NCBI GenBank assembly: GCA_965218495.1 | Contig: OZ244626.1 | Location: 1,353,280-1,417,279, forward strand | DNA length: 64,000 nucleotides | DNA from: Rhodothermales bacterium | Lineage (GTDB): Bacteria; Bacteroidota; Rhodothermia; Rhodothermales; Bin80 | Direction: 5' to 3' | The notes under the pieces: model-generated | What the model saw: the letters and a program-made list of their open reading frames with translations, nothing else | Told to the model about the DNA's origin: nothing | The model's database searches: none | Position numbers and translations under genes: made by a program | Part shown: positions 59,103 through 64,000 of the stretch, one piece after another | Layout of the letters: every line of letters begins with the position of its first letter | Position numbering within the stretch: position 1 is the first letter of the stretch

Positions 59103-60648
59103 GTCGGGTCGGAGGAGGCGCCCCGTAGGGCTAACCTCCGTCCGCCGCTCAAACGGCCCGTACGGTTTTCACACCGGTAGCCCCCGGGTTTCCCCAGGGG
59201 CCCCGGACAGATCCGGACGTGCGCGCTAACGCATCCGGCTCCTCCCTTGGGTCGCGCTGTCGCGCATGACGTTAGCAAGTCGGCAAGCCGACCCGCAGCC
59301 GTAACCGATCCACCCCATGGGGCACGCAAAATCCGGCTCAGCGTCCGGTACGTGCAGGGCTTCGCGGTTTCCCCTTGGGTGCGACGCTTTGCTCCACTAG
59401 CTCCGCCACGTGGGCACCCACGCTTTGTTCGCCGGCTTCATAGCTCTTATCATCGCATCTGACTTCTCCCTGCCGTGCATCCTCCGCTCGGCTTTCGCCT
59501 TGACTTTGGCGGCCCCGCCCGAAGCGCTGGGCAGCAAGGAGACCTCTCAGGTCCCGACACAGTACGTACGTGCGTCCCTGGGTTCTCGGACACCGCGGGA
59601 CTCCGCTCCTCCTCACCATAGCGGTGGAGCAGATGTTGCCTTCGACCATACGGAAAGTCTCGGCATCCCGGACAATAGCTTTTTCGGTGCTCATTAGCCC
59701 TGGCCACACGTGCCGCTACCGACGCTTCGCTGTCACCCTCACGAGGGACAACGCACGGCTCGCGGAGACATGCAGTTGGTTAAACTTTCATGACACGGGA
59801 CTTTCACCCGCTGTACTGCGTCAGTTAGCCTGACGCACCCGTAAGCCGCTTTCACAAAGGTGTCTCGTGGAGGGTTCAAGGAAGGTTTCAGTGGAATCAA
59901 TCGTACATGGCCGTACTCCACTGTGGTGTAGACCTTCCTCTCCCCTGTTGGATTGTGCCCAATGCGACAGTTTCCTCAGCCGATGATGTACGGGTCTTTC
60001 ACTAAAGGAACTGTTCCACCTCATCGACTTTACTCGCTGATCGCAATCTCTCCATTCCAAACCACCTTTGCCGACTGCCTTCCCCGACCCACCCGGCCGC
60101 CACTTGCGCGGTCACCCGACTTTCGACGGGCTTGTGGTACTATGCAGCCGTCCGACGACTCGCCACGCATCCGTTCCCACTTCCCCTTACGGGTTATAGG
60201 GGCTGTTATCCCGGTGCCACCCGGGAACGTGACGAGCCCTCCTGGGGTCACACACAGATCTTCCGTACCGTGCCGTTCGCACACACCTTGGTTCGACGGG
60301 TGGATAAGAACGCCTTCGCCGAAATACAGCCGGCTCGACCTTGCCCCGTCTTTGGCCGACCGATTCGTCCGTGGGGTCGCCCCCTTGACTACGGCCCGGT
60401 ACTGCTCCTCAAGCCCTTCAGATTCCACCTCGCGGTGGACACCCTGCCCTCCGGTTGTCTCGCGACAATGTCCCGACTTAGCGCCTGTCTTGGCTGTTTC
60501 CGTCGTTTCCAACTCGGTGCCCGTTTAGACCTTTGCTTATCGGTACATCCCGGCCGACGAGGCATTACCCCCGTCTTTGGATATGGCACCCCCTATCCGG
60601 GCGCCAGTGGGATTTGAACCCACCTGATCTGGGCGCTGCCCAGCACAC
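59103..60648 (-). mobile_element. Group II intron C (middle; ORF-less; 878 nt of its own sequence), nested in intron B
   Basis: The 5' end reads GTGTGCTGGGCAGCGCCCAGATCAGGTGGGTTCAAATCCCAC. It contains ..GGTGGAATCTGAAGG... The internal UGUAU (60324-60328) is complementary to the flanking ..AUACA. The 3' end is ..CCUCCGACCCGAC, with an unpaired A 7 nt from the end. Its removal makes B exactly colinear with A. Confidence 0.75.
59171..59838 (-). mobile_element. Group II intron A (innermost; ORF-less; 668 nt), nested in domain V of intron C
   Basis: The 5' end reads GTGCGTCAGGCTAACTGACGC...AGCGGGTGAAAGTCCCGTG. Domain V lies at 59210-59241. It is homologous to B along its full length, with compensatory changes. 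The internal CCGUA (59649-59653) is complementary to the flanking ..UACGG. Confidence 0.8.
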
Positions 60649-61042
60649 TGTATCGTCGCATCTGACTTCTCTCCACCGTACGTCCTCCGATCAGCATTTA
60701 GCCTACGCTTTGGCGACCTTCCCCAAAGGGATAGGTAGTGGAGAGACCTCCCAGGTCCCGACAGGATACTTGCGTGCGTCCATGGGGTCTCGGACACCGT
60801 GGGCCTGTCCGCCCTCTCACCATAGCGAGGACGAACATGTTGCCTTCGGCATAGAGGAAAACCTCGGCGACCCAGATAATGTCTCTTTCGGTGCTCAATG
60901 TCCCTGGCCACACGTACCGCTACCGACGCTTCGCGCCCACCCTCACGGATGACCACGCACGGCTCGCGGAGATATGTACCTGGTTTAAGCTTCATAACAC
61001 GGGACTTTCACCCGCTATATCCTGCCAGTTAGCCTGGCGCAC

Positions 61043-61519
61043 CCTCTCGGTGACTCCGCAGTTGACTCTAAAGGAGAGTGCCGGACCGATAGTGACATGA
61101 GGCGATAGCTTACCCTTCACGTCACGGCTTAGCGTAAGTAGCAGGGGTAATTCGACATAGTCGAATTCTTGTACAACCTTGATTTCGGAAAAGGGATAAC
61201 CGGAAAGACCCAAATCTGGAAAAACCTGTCGAAAAACCTGGCCCCTTTGCGCATAAGCTGCGCCGAATTGCAATCCAATATTGGGCGCAAGGTGCATGAT
61301 AGCCGATACCCCAACTTTGTACCCAGTTCGATTGCCAACGCCAATCTCTGGCACGCCCTCTGGCAGGCTGGAAGGATTCCATTCGAGGGTCGAGTGTGTG
61401 GTGCCAGCATGAACCAAAACGGTCAACTGCCCTTGCGCACTGTTTGGCAAAGGTAGGCCGACAAACACAAGCAGGAGAAGCAGACGAAGCTTGCGGGCAA
61501 ACCTTGGTGCACTATGCAT
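61043..61519 (-). CDS. Beta-barrel OMP, exon 1 (signal peptide + N-terminal strands)
   Basis: MHSAPRFARKLRLLLLLVFVGLPLPNSAQGQLTVLVHAG...YVELPLLLTLS...VTIGPALSFRVNCGVTER|. The 310-aa track ORF (60992-61924) is an artefact: it extends upstream into the TnpB 3' region and downstream 16 codons into the intron. Confidence 0.7.
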
Positions 61520-61652
61520 CGGACTGAGTCTTAAGAGCGCTGCGAAATGAAGAATGAAACTAATAGCAAAGGGTTCCGCCGAGAAAGGTTGAATCGACTC
61601 GAATCCGACAGGTTGGGACGATGACCTGTCAAAGACCAATATGATAAGGGAC

Positions 61653-62888
61653 TTACCAAGAACAGTTGAGCACCCTATGCGATTCTGCGCCGTGAGGAAG
61701 CATCGGCATAGGCCCTGCAGCATCCTTGTCCAAAGGCTTTCCGTGGGCGGTTGGCTCCGGTTCCGCGCGACACGCAGGCAACAGTCGCTGCCAGCCCAAG
61801 ACCGCAAGACCCTTTGCACGAATGCTCTTAGCCGCATTGGCATCCCGGTCCTCGGCATGACGGCAGCATGCGCAGCGATAGGTGCGCACCGACAAGACGA
61901 TAGATTCTGCAGGACGTGCGCCACACAGCCTGCACGTCTGCGTCGTGTGACGTGGCGATACTTTCACGAGCTTGCCTCCAGCGCTCTCAGCCTTGTAGGC
62001 AAGCTGCGTACTGATTTGCCCCAGCGACTGTGCCAGCATCGCGCGGTTCAGACCACGCTTCCTGGAGCCACCACGGGCCGTCAGGTCCTCGAGCTTCAGG
62101 TCCTGTAGCACGAGAATACCATCATGGTCCCTAATAATCGCCGTGGTTATGCGGTTTGTGGCGCTAGTGCGTTTCACCGCAATTCGTCGGCCCTCGCGTG
62201 TCAGCGCTTGTTTCTTTTTGCGCCGCGCATTGCTGCGACGTTTCGCGCGCGACAAGCGCTTCCGCGCACGCTTGTGCTTTGCGTCATCAATCTAGTGGCG
62301 CATACTGCGCGCCGTCAGACAGCGTGCATGCAGCCTTCACGCCAAGGTCTATGCCGATGGGACTGCGCAGATCCGGTTGCAGCGCGGCATCTGTAGTTCC
62401 ATGACGAGTTGTACTTCACAGCCCGTGCCGAGCGGAGTCTGCGCGAGGCATACCTGTCGGGCAGCGCCGCCAGCTGCCAGCGCTCCGCGCACGTCTTTGA
62501 GGCGCAGCTTTCCCACGCCTTTGACTTGGATTGTTCAGTACTGTCCGTTGCGCTTTGGCTTCGTCGCGCCCGATTCGCAGGAGCGAACGCGCCCAAAGCG
62601 CGGCAGCCCCTTGCGATCGAGAATGAACTTCTGGCAGCCCAGCTGCACGCGTTTAAGCGCGCTACGTTGAAACGCTACGCCTCATCGCGTATTGCATCTG
62701 TCAAGGCTGCGCAGCTCCGCCATTCACTTGTACAGGTCGAAGGCGGAGGGCGTAGTTCTATCGGCCGCATATTGATCGCGGCACCGCTGCACGGCTCTAT
62801 TGCGCAGCCATGTCATATGGCGAAACATTGCTTCCAGCCGGTGGCGTTGTGGCTTTCGGATGCGCGCCAAGCGATATGCATAAGGTAT
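61653..62888 (-). pseudogene. tnpB: TnpB (IS200/IS605-family OrfB) relic with stops and frameshifts
   Basis: The C-terminal 200 codons are intact: ...GILVLQDLKLEDLTARGG....GLNRAMLAQSLGQISTQLAYKAESAGGKLVKVSPRHTTQTCRLCG...RTYRCACCRHAEDRDANAAKSI (RuvC + Zn finger). Upstream, my own translation gives IPYAYRLARIRKPQRHRLEAMFRHMTWLRNRAVQ..., interrupted by at least 4 stops or frame changes. Confidence 0.75.
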
Positions 62889-63118
62889 TGTAATTCAATA
62901 CGTTAGCTTGCGCGGCACTAAGGCGTTCTGCTCAGTTTCCAACTGTCATATATAATTCCTATTTCAAACTCCCTTGACGCGCGCTTTTCGAAGTCTGCGG
63001 CTCCAGCTTAGCACACAACATCGCCGGTTTGTCCAATGGGCGCTCGGGCGAGCGTTAGGGCCAGGCGGACTTGGCCTTCGTAGCCATGAAGATATACGCG
63101 GGTGACGCGTGCAGCGAG

Positions 63119-64000
63119 CTACCGCTTCAGCGGCGTAATGCCGTGCATGGTCTCTTTGATCAGCATGTCCACTACGGCCTTGATCGCTTCATCCTTGGAA
63201 GCACCTGCATCGATTGCGTCGCTAAAGACCTTTCGCTGCCAATGTGCGCTGGTGCCGCGCTTGAGAATCGTCCGAGCATGATTGACTTCCGCTAAACAGT
63301 CAAGATGCTTCGCGTCCTCCTCGAGAAGCGCCAACAGCTCATTCAAAAGCTGGGGGTAGGGAATCTTCCTGCCGCGACCATAGTCGATGAGCGTCCCATC
63401 AATGCCATAGCGCTGCGCCCGCCACCGGTTTTCATAGATGAGCATGTTGGCATAGGCACGCCAACGCTGGTTGGAACGCCTTAGGCGCCAAAGCATGCGC
63501 AGCCAGCAAACGTACAAGGCCGCAATGCAGACCGCATCCTCCAGGCGCGTGCAGATGTCGGCCACGCGCATCTCCAGTGTCGGAAAACGCCCACTTGGCC
63601 GAATATCCCACCAGATCTTCGTGCTGTCCTCGATGACCCCCGCATCGACCAAAATGTCGACATGCCGCTGGAACTCCGCGTAACTCGCAAAAGTCTCCGG
63701 CAGCCCAGTGCGCGGCAGCTCGTTCCATACCGCGATGCGGTACGACATCAGGCCTGAGTCCGACCCTTCCCAAAACGGAGACGAGGTACTTAGCGCTAAC
63801 AGGTGCGGCAACACGTACGTCGTCTGGTTCATGAGGTCAATGCGCAAGTCGTCATTCTCAATGGCAGCATGGACGTGCATGCCACTGATAACCATTCGGC
63901 GCGCAACCACCTGCATATTCTGGGCAAGGATTTCGTAACGTTCCCGGTTTGTATTTCGTTGCGTGATGTACGAGGCATTGGGGTGCGTCGACGAAGCAAT
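63119..64000 (-). CDS. Carboxylate-amine ligase, YbdK/GCS2 family; 5' end beyond the window
   Basis: ...ISGMHVHAAIENDDLRIDLMNQ...LLALSTSSPFWEGSDSGLMSYRIAVW..LPRTG.P...WWDIRPS.RFPTLEMRVADICT.... The reading frame stays open to position 64000. Confidence 0.75.
   Translation of the reverse strand: MASSTHPNASYITQRNTNRERYEILAQNMQVVARRMVISGMHVHAAIENDDLRIDLMNQTTYVLPHLLALSTSSPFWEGSDSGLMSYRIAVWNELPRTGLPETFASYAEFQRHVDILVDAGVIEDSTKIWWDIRPSGRFPTLEMRVADICTRLEDAVCIAALYVCWLRMLWRLRRSNQRWRAYANMLIYENRWRAQRYGIDGTLIDYGRGRKIPYPQLLNELLALLEEDAKHLDCLAEVNHARTILKRGTSAHWQRKVFSDAIDAGASKDEAIKAVVDMLIKETMHGITPLKR

Larger units (their letters stand above)
58829..61042 (-). mobile_element. Group II intron B (outer; ORF-less; 668 nt of its own sequence)
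   Basis: Minus strand. The 5' end reads GTGCGCCAGGCTAACTGGC...AGCGGGTGAAAGTCCCGTG. A domain V-like 32-mer, GAGCCGGATGCGTTAACGCGCACGTCCGGATC, lies at 58867-58898. Domain VI is a two-helix hairpin with a bulged A 8 nt from the proposed 3' end (..CUACCGCGAU). The internal CCUCU (60853-60857) is complementary to the exon end ..AGAGG. Confidence 0.8.

Noticed and set aside
59953-60617. Track ORFs of 160-190 aa inside the intron nest (59953-60528 +, 60030-60512 -, 60132-60617 +), as possible intron-encoded proteins.
   Set aside because: The sequences are low-complexity and R/P/G-rich, with no RT (YADD), maturase or endonuclease motifs. They overlap each other on both strands, as expected for GC-rich structured RNA.
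60596-60650. A tRNA-like T-arm on the minus strand (GGTGGGTTCAAATCCCACTGGCGCC), suggesting a tRNA or tmRNA gene.
   Set aside because: No matching acceptor 5' strand, D-arm or anticodon arm can be built. The segment starts with GUGUG and occupies the same position as the GGGUGAAAGUCCCG motif of introns A and B, so it is read as domain I of group II intron C.
58829-61042. A highly structured, ORF-poor 2.2-kb stretch with internal duplications, first suspected to be an rRNA fragment or a novel giant ncRNA.
   Set aside because: No rRNA signature sequences were recognised. The GUGYG 5' ends, domain V/VI hairpins, EBS1/IBS1 matches and exact colinearity after in-silico excision explain it as nested group II introns.
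60992-61924. A 310-aa minus-strand ORF taken at face value as one gene.
   Set aside because: The N-terminal 135 residues overlap the TnpB 3' end and have no signal peptide. The last 16 residues are translated from intron sequence. The real gene starts at MHSAPRF (61519) and continues in exon 2.

Overview
GC-rich bacterial chromosome segment. The gene content looks Bacteroidota/Rhodothermota-like (bamA-skp-skp, a TonB-dependent receptor followed by a DUF4249-type lipoprotein, PorT/OmpA-like beta-barrel OMPs); this assignment is inference only. All homology calls come from reading the translations and the DNA by eye; no searches were run. Conserved backbone: a glycosyltransferase/YfhO-like envelope cluster, gatC, histidine utilisation genes (hutF, then hutI-hutH-hutU), a second GT4, a PLP dehydratase, surE-panB, skp-skp-bamA, rseP-dxr, a TPR protein, an acyl-CoA thioesterase, an rmlD-like gene, serS, a TBDR, and a ybdK-like ligase. 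Four accessory blocks interrupt the backbone. (1) 7.35-11.04 kb: an ABC-type ATPase + DUF4276 pair, flanked by two unrelated transposase stumps and wedged between hutF and hutI. (2) 20.28-33.0 kb: an AT-richer islet (IS1595 transposase plus small repeat-containing ORFs) followed by an IS pile-up. In the pile-up an IS1634-family transposase gene is cut by an IS110/IS1111-type element and by an IS1380-like element, and the IS1380-like element itself carries an ISL3 copy and a two-gene IS256-like unit. (3) 38.95-46.37 kb: an island splitting the conserved dxr-rseP / bamA-skp neighbourhood. It holds a decayed Septu-like PtuA/PtuB pair, a second ISL3 copy, a SAM-decarboxylase-like + DUF3326 gene pair, and IS fragments. 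(4) 58.5-62.9 kb (the most notable): a beta-barrel OMP gene split in frame by three nested ORF-less group II introns (B contains C, C contains A), with the innermost intron sitting in the domain V loop of its host intron. A degraded TnpB lies next to it. No rRNA, tRNA or CRISPR array was recognised.
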